A DNA stretch of 64,000 nucleotides from an uncultured bacterium. GTDB lineage: Bacteria; Zixibacteria; MSB-5A5; GN15; FEB-12. The position numbers and the translations under genes are program-made. This document shows, one piece after another, positions 1 to 10,183 of this stretch. The stretch covers positions 256,001-320,000 of the forward strand of contig CBDVDR010000001.1 of assembly GCA_965372795.1 (NCBI GenBank), written 5' to 3'. Within the stretch, counting starts at the first letter, position 1. Each line of letters begins with the position of its first letter. Under the pieces are notes generated by a model. It was given only the letters and a program-made list of their open reading frames with translations, was not told the DNA's origin and did not search any database.

Positions 1-733
1 AGGCTATATATTCTACCTTTGATGTCGGGCAGGTTGCTTTGATCACAGCTTTCATCTCACGTCTAATTATAGCACAATCGGTAACCCCTGATGCGACCAT
101 CTCTTTGGCTGTTTTCAAAGCATAGAACAAACATCTTGCTTCTCCCCTTTGAGACTCGGAGAAATATTTATTCCGTGATGACATCGCCAACCCGTCTTTT
201 TCCCGAACGGTTGAGGCAATAATAAATTTTATCGGAAAACCCAAATCGCTGGTCATCTGTTTAAGAACCATCGCCTGCTGATAGTCTTTCATCCCGAACA
301 CAGCCACATCAGGACGGGTGATATTAAACAGTTTAGCAACTATTGTGGTAACGCCTTGGAAATGATCCGGACGTGATTGCCCTTCGAGAGTCTTGGTTAG
401 CTTTTCAACATTCACAACGGTCTGAAAATTATCGGGGTAGATATCATCCGCTTTGGGAATAAATACAATTTCCGAACCGGCGGATTTTATCTTTTTTATA
501 TCCCCTTTTTCATCCCGGGGGTATTTACTCAAATCTTCTTTCGGTGCAAACTGGGTCGGATTGACAAAGATCGATGTAATCACAACCTCAGCCTGTTTTT
601 TAGCTCTTCTGATTAGCGATAGATGTCCTTCATGCAGAAATCCCATAGTCGGAACGAGCCCGATAGTTTTCCCATCGGCGGCTAATTGCCTTGATAGGGA
701 TTGCATTTTTTTAACCGACCGGATAATTTTCAT
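1..733 (-). CDS. panC: Pantoate--beta-alanine ligase (3' end runs off window)
   Basis: Manual translation from ATG at 733: MKIIRSVKKMQ...LVPTMGFLHEGHLSL...SIFVNPTQF...SRPDHFQGV...FGMKDYQQ...REKDGLAMSSRN. Absent from the ORF track because it is truncated. Confidence 0.95.
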   Translation of the reverse strand, partial: MKIIRSVKKMQSLSRQLAADGKTIGLVPTMGFLHEGHLSLIRRAKKQAEVVITSIFVNPTQFAPKEDLSKYPRDEKGDIKKIKSAGSEIVFIPKADDIYPDNFQTVVNVEKLTKTLEGQSRPDHFQGVTTIVAKLFNITRPDVAVFGMKDYQQAMVLKQMTSDLGFPIKFIIASTVREKDGLAMSSRNKYFSESQRGEARCLFYALKTAKEMVASGVTDCAIIRREMKAVIKATCPTSKVEYIA

Positions 734-820
734 GTGAGAATATTAGGCTGAATTTACTTATAAAGCAAGAAATAGATTGTAAGGGAACTCTTTTAGAGAT
801 ATTTAGTCAATAAACCAAAC

Positions 821-1861
821 CTACATATTATTTACAAAATTTTCAAAAGTGCTATTTTTTAATTCTAAAGTGATATTATTACCATGTAGATTTTCTTCAT
901 ATTTCATAGTATCAATTTTAGCTTTTAATTTGTATCCAAAAACTTTCAAATAATTAGTAATTAATTTTAAAGATATATTGGGATCTATTAATAATATCTT
1001 TAGATTCTTCTTCCGCATTCTTAGAACGCTATTTAGAAAAAAACATATATGTTCATCAAATTCATTTAAAGAAAGACCAATTATTATAACTTCATCTGCT
1101 TCTATAAATTCATTTCTTGCCATGTTCCATTGTCTTTGTAAAATTGGTGTTTTTTGAATTTCTTCCTTTTTGTTTTCTGAAAAACCAACTATCAATGGTT
1201 CACTTGAATACAAAACTGATGATATATCATATTCTTCAATACTTCCACAGAATGGGCAAGAATAGTTATTCTCGTTCCAATGAGTAACTACTACATTGAT
1301 ATCTGGTCTAAATGATTCTTTGCAATTTAAACAGTATAGAGTATTAGATGAGCCATGTAATTTATAGAAACGGATTTTTTTTGAGTTATCTTGATTGTAT
1401 TTCATCCAATCCACTTGATATTTATTTAGTAAATAACCATCAAATAGAATATCCCAATTTATAGTACAAATAGCTCCTTCAACTTTGTCCAAAAACTTAT
1501 TTGATATAGTTGTCTTTTGAGTCACAGATAAACTATAGAAATAAGTCATTATCGCATATCGAAGATAACTAAGAACATAATTTTTACTTAGGTCGTAGTT
1601 GTCTGAAGATGCTTCGATTATATTATGTAATTTTAAGAAATCCGTATCTTTTGGATTATTTGCTATTCTAATTATTTCTTCTATGTTTTTATCCTTAAGA
1701 ACACTAATAAATGATTTTACGATTTCAATTAACGCTTGAATTTTAAAATTATCTGGGAATGAATGGCTAATCAACGATTGATTAAATTCAGAGACTAATG
1801 GATATCCTGCGTGTTTGGATACTCCAGCTCCAAATAAATAAACTTTTTTTTTCTCCACCAC
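821..1861 (-). CDS. SIR2-like (SIR2_2-type) NAD+-dependent protein with Zn ribbon
   Basis: Motifs YLFGAGVS, TINWD, KLHGS, CLNC...CPFC, IIIGLS; GTG start; visibly more AT-rich than neighbours. Confidence 0.8.
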   Translation of the reverse strand: MVEKKKVYLFGAGVSKHAGYPLVSEFNQSLISHSFPDNFKIQALIEIVKSFISVLKDKNIEEIIRIANNPKDTDFLKLHNIIEASSDNYDLSKNYVLSYLRYAIMTYFYSLSVTQKTTISNKFLDKVEGAICTINWDILFDGYLLNKYQVDWMKYNQDNSKKIRFYKLHGSSNTLYCLNCKESFRPDINVVVTHWNENNYSCPFCGSIEEYDISSVLYSSEPLIVGFSENKKEEIQKTPILQRQWNMARNEFIEADEVIIIGLSLNEFDEHICFFLNSVLRMRKKNLKILLIDPNISLKLITNYLKVFGYKLKAKIDTMKYEENLHGNNITLELKNSTFENFVNNM

Positions 1862-1866
1862 TCCCC

Positions 1867-2955
1867 CTACTCCTCTTCCCCGAACAAAGGCGTCTCGTCG
1901 CCAATAGCATAATTGTCTTTGATCTTACGAATAGCTATAAATCCCGAAGTCTGCGCTGTGGCGATCACACTCAACATATAAGCCACACCCGAAGTAAAAA
2001 TTATAAACAACATGACTGACATCAAATACCCAGCCGGTTGATCCGTCCCGCCCCGCGCCCATTGGGTAATCGAAAATGACCAGTCGACCCCGGGCATCAC
2101 ATTAAGCATACTTTCTACAATCGGCGAGTTTACCGGAAGATGCGAAAATCCCGACCGTACCAATCGCTCAACTTTCCCACCGCCAAGCATCGAAGCCGAC
2201 ACCACTGCAAACTGCACCGCCCGATAAGATGCGTAGGCATACACAAATCCGGCAAGTTTCGCCGCCACAAAAGCATAAGCGGTATATCCGACCCACCGGA
2301 ACGGCTGGCGGATTATGGTTGAGAATGTTTCTAAAATTGCGTTAAAGGCTTCCCCTTTACGCTCCGAGGCGGCAACTGAGGGAAGCAATAAAACCGAAAT
2401 CTGGAACACAGTGAAAATAAATATCGAAAAAATCGCAACGATAAATCCCGGGAAAACAAAAAACAGCGCCACAATCCATTCGCCAATAAAAGGAATCCGT
2501 CCCAGCAATCCGAACAGCCAGAACAAAATCACCACAAACAGCAAAAACATAACAATCGCCAACTCGGCAAGAATAATCTGGTTGATTCTTTTAAACCCAA
2601 ATTTAATCGACTGCCTGATTGATAAAAACGGATTGCCCCTGATTTTCTCAACTTCCATCGCCGACACACAAAACATCCCGATCATTATCGCAATCGTACT
2701 GACAAACAGACCGACTCCGAAAATAATTTTTGCAAACGGACTTTTTAAAACAATATGGAAAAATGGGAACAGATTATAAGCCTGCCAGATATAGCTGAGT
2801 TTTTCACCGTCAATCGCAAATGAGAGATAAGCAAAAATATCATAAAGACCTAATGCGATAGTCAAAAAAACAGTCATCACCAGAATCTTCTTTGGTGCCA
2901 ATGCCCGAAGCGGCGCCCAGAGAACATCATAAAAATTATAGTTTGGTTTATTCAT
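1867..2955 (-). CDS. Multi-pass membrane protein, unknown function
   Basis: 362-aa ORF with several hydrophobic segments. Confidence 0.7.
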   Translation of the reverse strand: MNKPNYNFYDVLWAPLRALAPKKILVMTVFLTIALGLYDIFAYLSFAIDGEKLSYIWQAYNLFPFFHIVLKSPFAKIIFGVGLFVSTIAIMIGMFCVSAMEVEKIRGNPFLSIRQSIKFGFKRINQIILAELAIVMFLLFVVILFWLFGLLGRIPFIGEWIVALFFVFPGFIVAIFSIFIFTVFQISVLLLPSVAASERKGEAFNAILETFSTIIRQPFRWVGYTAYAFVAAKLAGFVYAYASYRAVQFAVVSASMLGGGKVERLVRSGFSHLPVNSPIVESMLNVMPGVDWSFSITQWARGGTDQPAGYLMSVMLFIIFTSGVAYMLSVIATAQTSGFIAIRKIKDNYAIGDETPLFGEEE

Positions 2956-3047
2956 ATTGTGATCTTCTTTCTTACATCCCTATAGTCAAGGTAACTAAGT
3001 TACCATTTTTTTAGCAACGAAAGCACTTTATTATATGTAGAATTCTA

Positions 3048-4046
3048 CTATAAATGAAATTCTACAATATCTTTATCAGCCAGCACAAAATCTTTTTGCA
3101 CTCTTTGTCCGTCAAATTTCCCCTCACCCCAGACTTTGGCAAATTTGAGTTTATCGGCAATATCCCGGTGAAGTTCAAAAGCCGCTTCTTCAACATTCCC
3201 ACCGATATGAAGAATGATCGGGTCTTTAAAATCAGCTTCTTTGCCAACCGGTTTAGTGTAAATTCGCATTATTTTCAAACTGTCAAACAGAGCTTTTTGA
3301 AGTTCCTCAAGGCTGACATCATCGAGTATCGAAGTCGGCACGATCACAAACCCGTCAAACATCTTTTTAAGCTGTTCATATTTCTCATGCGACTCATCTT
3401 CATATTCTTTATGAGCGCAGATTAATGTTTTCTTGTAGGCATACCTCGGATCATCAGGCTTTTCATCAACCTCGGCTTTTAGAATAATCCTTTTTTCTTC
3501 AAGCTTATCTAATATAAATTTGATATCACTTGCCATATTTTCTGCGGCAAGATCAGCCACCAGCAAAACAATATCCGCATTCCTAATCAACCCCGACATA
3601 TAGTTTTCATAAAGTTCAGTCGAAATTGGCGGTGTATCTATAAGTTGCAAATGAACCGTATCATAAATCATCATCCCCGGTTGCGGTTCCCGGGTAGTGT
3701 ATGGATAATCTCCGATTAACGGTTTTGCATGAGTAAAAACATCAATCAGCGACGATTTACCGCTATTGGGCGGACCAATCAAAATAATCTGTCCGGCGCC
3801 TTCCTTGTCAATATGATCCATCGATGTAACCTGGCGGGCGCCATGCGTTTTATTTCCACCGCCTTCAATAGTCTTTTTGAGTTTGGAAATTTTACCTTTC
3901 ATTTCCGCCTGAAGCTTGTCGGTGCCCTTATGTTTGGGCATCATCCGAAGCAGCTCCTGAGCCATCCGCAGTTTTTCCCTCGGGTCCGATTCTGATTTGA
4001 ATTCCCGTTCTAACTCGTAATATTGTGGCGGCAAATTAGCAGGCAT
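3048..4046 (-). CDS. DRG/Obg-family GTPase with C-terminal TGS domain
   Basis: MPANLP N-terminus, PKHKGTDK, GPPNSGKSS, YPYTT, DTPP, RIYTK...AKVWG...DIVEFH. Confidence 0.9.
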   Translation of the reverse strand: MPANLPPQYYELEREFKSESDPREKLRMAQELLRMMPKHKGTDKLQAEMKGKISKLKKTIEGGGNKTHGARQVTSMDHIDKEGAGQIILIGPPNSGKSSLIDVFTHAKPLIGDYPYTTREPQPGMMIYDTVHLQLIDTPPISTELYENYMSGLIRNADIVLLVADLAAENMASDIKFILDKLEEKRIILKAEVDEKPDDPRYAYKKTLICAHKEYEDESHEKYEQLKKMFDGFVIVPTSILDDVSLEELQKALFDSLKIMRIYTKPVGKEADFKDPIILHIGGNVEEAAFELHRDIADKLKFAKVWGEGKFDGQRVQKDFVLADKDIVEFHL

Positions 4047-4099
4047 ATCTATTTATAATATATTAAATCTATCTAAACAAGTATCAGGGTGATGCAAAT

Positions 4100-5269
4100 T
4101 TATGAAAATTTCGAGATTATTTCTTCTATCGACCGGCATACATAATCAATTCCATCCTTTTTCAGCCCGACATAAAACGGAAGCGATATTACTCGGCGAC
4201 CGGCATAAGCAGAATTGGGGAGAATTTGCTCGGTAAAACCAAGAGCATCGCGATAATATTCAAACTCAAAAATCGGCTGATAATGAACTCCGCACTCAAT
4301 CCCCTTTTTGTTCATCAGACGGATAAATTCGTTCCGATCAATTTTAAGTTTTGATAAATGTAACTTGATGATAAACAGATGCCAGCCATGAGTTATATTA
4401 TCATCCAAAAACGGCAGTTCAATATATTCACTGAGATGTGATAATTTCTTAATATATTTACCGGCCACCTTTTCTCGTTTGATTTGATCTTTTTCAAATG
4501 TTGTAAACTGACCCAGCCCGATGGCGGCGTGAACATCAGACATATTTCCCTTGAACCCTAAATGAGCTATATCGTAATGCCAGTCCTTTTTCTTATTCCG
4601 GTCAAAGGTGTTCTTGGTAAAACCATGTCGGGCAAACAGCCGGATCGCATCAATCAATTCTTTATGTCGACTGACAACCATCCCGCCCTCGCCGCAGGTC
4701 AGATTTTTTGTGGAATAAAATGAATAGACCGAAGCATCGGTATACTTTGGAATTGACTTCCCCTTATACTTCGCCGCAATTGCATGAGCCGAATCAGAAA
4801 TCAATGGGACAGACAGTCTATCGCAAACTTTTTTTAAACGATCATAATTTGAAGGATAACCGGCTATATCAACCGGCATAACAGCGATTGTACGATCAGT
4901 AATTTTACGGGCAACTTCATCAGGATCAATGTTGAGTGTCTTTGGATTAATATCGGCAAATATCGGACGCGCCCCGGTATGCATTATAGCCTCAATCGTT
5001 CCGACAAATGTAAACGGTGATGTGATAACTTCTTTTGTATTATTTGACCCAATCGCCGAAAGAATCATCTGAAGACCAAGGGTGCATGAGTTAATTGCGA
5101 CGCTATGTTTCATGCCGAGATACGAACTGACCGTTTTCTCAAATTGCTTAACTTTCGGTCCGCTTGTCAGCCACCCGCTATTTAAGGTGTCGTTGACTTC
5201 TTTTTTGGTTTGCGACGAAAGCTTTATATCAAAAAGAGGAATCTCAATTTTATTTTGTTTTTTGCTCAT
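4100..5269 (-). CDS. DegT/DnrJ/EryC1/StrS sugar aminotransferase
   Basis: SGWLTSGP, DSAHA, SFYSTKNL, GEGG motifs. Confidence 0.9.
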   Translation of the reverse strand: MSKKQNKIEIPLFDIKLSSQTKKEVNDTLNSGWLTSGPKVKQFEKTVSSYLGMKHSVAINSCTLGLQMILSAIGSNNTKEVITSPFTFVGTIEAIMHTGARPIFADINPKTLNIDPDEVARKITDRTIAVMPVDIAGYPSNYDRLKKVCDRLSVPLISDSAHAIAAKYKGKSIPKYTDASVYSFYSTKNLTCGEGGMVVSRHKELIDAIRLFARHGFTKNTFDRNKKKDWHYDIAHLGFKGNMSDVHAAIGLGQFTTFEKDQIKREKVAGKYIKKLSHLSEYIELPFLDDNITHGWHLFIIKLHLSKLKIDRNEFIRLMNKKGIECGVHYQPIFEFEYYRDALGFTEQILPNSAYAGRRVISLPFYVGLKKDGIDYVCRSIEEIISKFS

Positions 5270-6317
5270 AAATTAACCGTTCATAAAGTTCTGCCATTGA
5301 ATCTAAAGAACTCTCCCAATCATAATTTTCTTTAACAAAATCATACGCCGCCTTACCCATACTATTACATAAATCTCTGTTAGTGGCAAGTTTGATAATT
5401 GCCTCGGCAAGTTTCCCGACATTTTCCGGTGGAACCAATAAGCCCGTCTCACCATCCCGGATAACTTCCGGCACTCCCCCAATTCGTGAGGCAATAACCG
5501 GACGACCACAGGCATTTGCCTCAAGCACAGCGACTCCGAACGATTCCGATTCCATAACAGAAGGCATCACCATAAAATGATGCTGTTTAATCAGGGAATA
5601 AATTTCTTTATTTTCAATATGTCCGACAAATTGAACATTATCCTGAATATCATAATCTAACACAGCCAATTTTAAAGCCGAAGTCAGGTCCCCTTCTCCG
5701 GCAAGAGTCAGCTGAATATCCGGTATTTTTTCTTTAACTTTTGAAATCGCCTGAAGTAAAATATCCGGACCATATTTTTTGCGATGGGCTTTGATAAAAC
5801 ATATTTTAATTCTACCCGTAGGAGGATTTGTTCTCTCTGCTGGTATTTTTACTCCAAATGGTATAACCGTTAAACGATCTTTAACATCCTTTGCTAATTT
5901 TATCGCATGATCTTTTAACAGGTTACTGGTAGCAGTAATATAAGTCGCATCATTAAGAATCTTTTTAATCAGAAATCTATTAGCCGGATTTGAAGGGAAA
6001 TCAATTATATCAGCACCCCAAACCGAAACTATCGACGGTTTGATATTACACAATTTTGCCCAAAGCCCGAAACCGGAGGCGTAATGAGCATGAACCAAAT
6101 CAGGCTTAAACGACTTTGCAACCGATCCTGCTTTACCGGCTTGGGTTATATATGAAAGTTTCATGGATCGAGGCAGGATAACCGTTTCGATATCATCAAG
6201 CGGCTTCCCATCAAGGGAGATAAGTTTCATATCAAAACCACGACTGGATAAACCTCGTACCCACCGTTGAATGTGAACTGAATCAGCCCAGCCGAAGATA
6301 ACTATTCGTTTTGACAT
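5250..6317 (-). CDS. GT4 family glycosyltransferase
   Basis: ESFGVAVLEANACGRPVIASRIGGVPEVI motif. Confidence 0.9.
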   Translation of the reverse strand: MSKRIVIFGWADSVHIQRWVRGLSSRGFDMKLISLDGKPLDDIETVILPRSMKLSYITQAGKAGSVAKSFKPDLVHAHYASGFGLWAKLCNIKPSIVSVWGADIIDFPSNPANRFLIKKILNDATYITATSNLLKDHAIKLAKDVKDRLTVIPFGVKIPAERTNPPTGRIKICFIKAHRKKYGPDILLQAISKVKEKIPDIQLTLAGEGDLTSALKLAVLDYDIQDNVQFVGHIENKEIYSLIKQHHFMVMPSVMESESFGVAVLEANACGRPVIASRIGGVPEVIRDGETGLLVPPENVGKLAEAIIKLATNRDLCNSMGKAAYDFVKENYDWESSLDSMAELYERLIYEQKTK

Positions 6318-7871
6318 TTAACTGATACTCTCTTTTTTATTCCTGAAAAATATATCAACCAAACCTCTTCTAAACCCAAAACAGTATAGTGATATTAAAT
6401 AGATTATCACAACTATACAAAAAGACAAAATCAAATAACCGGTCAAATATATATTATTGTTATTATAAATATCTATGCTAAAATAACTCTTAACATACGC
6501 CAGACCACCAAGTGGCAAGACCCCAGCTAAAAGCAGATTGACAATGATTGCAATATTGCGCGAGTCAGACTTTAGTTTAAGACGGCTGATAAGAAAACTC
6601 ACCAATAAAACTGCATACAATAAAAAAGATATCGACGAGGCCGCTGTAATTCCGCCAATACCAAAATAATTTGAAAGCAAGGCTGTCAAAAGATACTTTA
6701 TGACCAATGCAATTACCGCAAAATAGAAAACCTGTTTCTCCCAGTTCCCCGAATAACATGCTCGTACTGAACTCGAAATTACAAACAGAGCAATAACAGT
6801 CGGCACAAACGGTTTCAAAACCGAAGCCGTCAACATAACCGAATCAGCATCAAAAGCACCGCGGAAAAAGAGAAGCTTTACAATTTCCTCAGCATTAACA
6901 TACATCATGATTGCTAACGGAATCGCCAGAGTGATTGCGGCGATAATCGATTTAATGTAAGTCTGACCGAAACCAACTTCATCCTCAATTGATTGTTTTG
7001 AAAAAAGAGGGAATAAAACCGAAGCAATCGCAAATCCGATGACCGCATCAGGCAGAATAATCAAAACATTGCTGTAATTTAATGCCGCCACGCTCCCCTC
7101 TCCAAAACTTACCGCAAAATAACGATCAATCAAAAAATACGACCGATTAATAAATTCAATCAGAATTATAACTGACAAACCCGAAGTTACCAGTCTGATC
7201 TCTTTTGTATCTAACGAAAATTTAATATTTCTAAAAAGATCAAGTTTCAATACTCTTAATAGCAGATACACATTCTGGAAAAACAGACCGGCCAACCATC
7301 CAATAGCAATGGCACCAACCGATAAATTTTCTGCAAAAAGAACAATACAGCCTATGGAAAAAATATTAAAAATCAGAAAACCGGAGGCTGGGAAAATAAA
7401 TATTTTATTTACATTCAAATACGACCGCAATATCGCTTCGATAGTTCCCAGCACAATTGAAACCGCTGTCACCTGGCTGAACAGAATCAAGCGCTCAAAT
7501 TCTATATCTGTTAGACCGCCCCCCCAGATCCTCATTATCGCCGGAGCAGATAAAATAATTAAAATTGTAATTATTGCCGCGCTAAATATTTTGAAATTTA
7601 TAACAGTCCAGACAGAACTCCAGACATTTTTATTTTGTTCAATCTCTGTTATTTTTTTTGAAAAATAGGGTACCAGAAAATAAACGGAAGCATAATTAAA
7701 AACACCATAGAACAGAGCCGGAAGAATTATTGCAATCAGATAAAGATCATATTCCGAACTGGTGCCGAATTTTTCAGCGATAATTATTTCTCTGATGAAT
7801 CCGAGAAGTTTCGAGAGAAATACTACCGAGACCACACCGAAAATAATTTCTCGCAGCCGATTAATTCGCAA
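6318..7871 (-). CDS. MurJ/MviN-like (MOP family) lipid-linked sugar flippase
   Basis: SKLLGFIRE...FGTS, LFFRGAFD motifs; many TM segments. Confidence 0.8.
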   Translation of the reverse strand: MRINRLREIIFGVVSVVFLSKLLGFIREIIIAEKFGTSSEYDLYLIAIILPALFYGVFNYASVYFLVPYFSKKITEIEQNKNVWSSVWTVINFKIFSAAIITILIILSAPAIMRIWGGGLTDIEFERLILFSQVTAVSIVLGTIEAILRSYLNVNKIFIFPASGFLIFNIFSIGCIVLFAENLSVGAIAIGWLAGLFFQNVYLLLRVLKLDLFRNIKFSLDTKEIRLVTSGLSVIILIEFINRSYFLIDRYFAVSFGEGSVAALNYSNVLIILPDAVIGFAIASVLFPLFSKQSIEDEVGFGQTYIKSIIAAITLAIPLAIMMYVNAEEIVKLLFFRGAFDADSVMLTASVLKPFVPTVIALFVISSSVRACYSGNWEKQVFYFAVIALVIKYLLTALLSNYFGIGGITAASSISFLLYAVLLVSFLISRLKLKSDSRNIAIIVNLLLAGVLPLGGLAYVKSYFSIDIYNNNNIYLTGYLILSFCIVVIIYLISLYCFGFRRGLVDIFFRNKKESIS

Positions 7872-8960
7872 TTATTTCCCCTTTAGATATCGTTTGATCT
7901 CGTCGGTAATAATCTTTGATGGTTTCTTATTTCTGACTTTGTATCCGGTCTCTCTGACTTTTGGCAGGCGCCTAATTGCTTTGAATAATTTATTTTTATT
8001 AAGCCCCACCAGTTGATTGCCGTTTTTCAAAGTCTCAACCCACTCTGTTTCATCTCTCAATGTCATCACCGGGGTACGGAGATAGATCGCTTCTTTTTGA
8101 AGCCCTCCCGAATCAGTCATAACAAATTTCGAATTATATATTGCTGTTAAAATATCATAGTAACCAAGCGGCTCACAAATAATAACATTCTTAATCGTTC
8201 TTAGTTGTTTGATTAATTTAAATTCTGTAAATCTCCCGAGTGTTCTCGGATGCATCGGAAATACAACCGGTAATGACAATTTCTCAAGCATCCCGATTAT
8301 TTTTTCAAGATTTTTTTTCTCATCAACATTGGCCGCCCGATGAAGGGTAAATAATGCAAATTCATCTTGAGTAAGATTATATTTATTCAAAAACTTTTCA
8401 TTATTTCTAATTTTCGTTTTTGAATCTTCTAATAATTCAAACATCAAATCACCCGAACGGATAACTCCCTTTTTAATCCCCTCGGATTTTAAATTCTTTA
8501 TCGCGGTCGTGGTCGGGCAAAACAATAACGATGACAGCTTATCGCTTAAAACCCTATTAATCTCCTCCGGCATATCATCGACAAACGACCTTAACCCCGC
8601 CTCAACATGACCAACCGGAATATTTAATTTTGCCGCCGACAGTGCCCCGGCCAAAGTTGAATTGGTGTCGCCAAAGACTAAGACTAAATCCGGTTTTTGT
8701 TTTATGAAAACCTGCTCAAGCTTTTCAATCATTCGTCCGGTCATCAAGCCATGGCTTCCGCCGCTGATGCCAAGATTTATATTTGGTTTTGAAATTTTTA
8801 ACTGCTTAAAAAAAATATCCGACATCTCGAAATCTTTATGCTGTCCGGTATGCACAATAAAATGCGTAAATGATTTTTTTAGTTCTAAATCTAACGGGGA
8901 CAGTTTAATAAATTGCGGACGGGCACCGACAACAGATATTATTTTCAATTTTCTTTTCAT
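7872..8960 (-). CDS. Non-hydrolysing UDP-GlcNAc-type 2-epimerase (WecB/WbpI-like)
   Basis: VGARPQFIK, HTGQH, GDTNST, HVEAGLRS, TDSGGLQKEA. Confidence 0.92.
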   Translation of the reverse strand: MKRKLKIISVVGARPQFIKLSPLDLELKKSFTHFIVHTGQHKDFEMSDIFFKQLKISKPNINLGISGGSHGLMTGRMIEKLEQVFIKQKPDLVLVFGDTNSTLAGALSAAKLNIPVGHVEAGLRSFVDDMPEEINRVLSDKLSSLLFCPTTTAIKNLKSEGIKKGVIRSGDLMFELLEDSKTKIRNNEKFLNKYNLTQDEFALFTLHRAANVDEKKNLEKIIGMLEKLSLPVVFPMHPRTLGRFTEFKLIKQLRTIKNVIICEPLGYYDILTAIYNSKFVMTDSGGLQKEAIYLRTPVMTLRDETEWVETLKNGNQLVGLNKNKLFKAIRRLPKVRETGYKVRNKKPSKIITDEIKRYLKGK

Positions 8961-9016
8961 TGATAATTATTATATCAGATATCAAAATTTATATCAAGCA
9001 ATACTATTTAACCCAT

Positions 9017-9045
9017 AAAAAAAAGGCAGGTATCAACCTGCCTTT
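9017..9045 (-). terminator. Rho-independent terminator after the WbpE-like gene
   Basis: aaaggcaggt-atca-acctgccttt stem with A-run (U-tail on minus strand). Confidence 0.7.
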
Positions 9046-9064
9046 ATATCTCTACAAAAGAGAG

Positions 9065-10171
9065 CTATAACACCGCCTCTTTGACAACCTTAACGGTTTC
9101 TTCCAACTCTTCCTGAGTCAGTTCAGGGAAAATCGGAAGTGCGATTACATTCTTGGAAGCTTTTTCTGACAGTGGAAAATCTTCAGCTGAATAACCCAGA
9201 TCCGCAAAACATTCCTGAGTATGGAACGGCACCGGATAATAAATTTCAAATCCGATTTTATTGGCTTTAAATTTCTCTATCAATGCCTCACGGTCAGGGA
9301 CTTCAATCGTATACTGATTATAAATATGGAAAGTTGTATAATCTCTGACATTCGGCGTTTTGATCTGTGCAACATCTTTAAATGATTCATCATAAAACTT
9401 GGCATGTTTGATTCGTTTTTCAGACCAGCCTCGTAAATAAGGCAACTTGATATTCAAAATAGCCGCCTGTATCGAAGCCAACCTCGAATTATATCCGACA
9501 ATTTTATGATAATATTTTGGTTCAGCGCCATGGTTACGGAAAATCTTTACCAATTTATAATCTTCTTCATTATTACATACAACAATTCCGCCGTCACCGC
9601 CGGCACCGAGATTCTTAGTCGGATAAAATGAAAAACATCCAAAATCTCCAAACGATCCGGCCGGTTTACCTTTATACTCGGCTCCAATAGCCTGTGCCGC
9701 ATCTTCGACAACTTTCAAATTATGTCGTTTCGCTATCTCCATAATCGGATCCATGTCTGCCACCTGACCAAACAGATGAACCGGCAATATGACTTTGGTC
9801 TTATCAGTTATAGCAGCTTCGATTTTTGATGGATCAATATTATATGTGTCATCTTCAATATCAACAAAGACCGGCTTGGCGCCAAGTCTCACAATCACTC
9901 CGGCCGTCGCAAAAAACGAAAACGCGGTTGTAATTACTTCATCCCCGACTCCAACGCCGCAGGCATCAAGTGCTAACAAAAGCGCATCGGTTCCCGAAGC
10001 TACACCGTTGGCATATTTGACCTGACAAAGTTTCGCAATCTCTTCCTCAAGATCGGTAACTTCCGGACCTAATATAAACCAGCCATGATCTAAAACTTTT
10101 AATACTGCCTCATCCATCTCCGGTTTTAGGTAGGCATATTGTCGCGCTAAATCTAATAGAGGTACTGACAT
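9065..10171 (-). CDS. DegT-family aminotransferase (WbpE-like)
   Basis: FILGPEV, SGTDAL, VHLFGQ, EDAAQAIGA, SFYPTKNLG, NSRL. Confidence 0.9.
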   Translation of the reverse strand: MSVPLLDLARQYAYLKPEMDEAVLKVLDHGWFILGPEVTDLEEEIAKLCQVKYANGVASGTDALLLALDACGVGVGDEVITTAFSFFATAGVIVRLGAKPVFVDIEDDTYNIDPSKIEAAITDKTKVILPVHLFGQVADMDPIMEIAKRHNLKVVEDAAQAIGAEYKGKPAGSFGDFGCFSFYPTKNLGAGGDGGIVVCNNEEDYKLVKIFRNHGAEPKYYHKIVGYNSRLASIQAAILNIKLPYLRGWSEKRIKHAKFYDESFKDVAQIKTPNVRDYTTFHIYNQYTIEVPDREALIEKFKANKIGFEIYYPVPFHTQECFADLGYSAEDFPLSEKASKNVIALPIFPELTQEELEETVKVVKEAVL

Positions 10172-10183
10172 TTAAAATTCTCC

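Noticed and set aside
453..737. 94-aa plus-strand ORF and the many other short ORFs overlapping long genes
   Set aside because: Antisense or out-of-frame shadows of well-supported genes (here panC)
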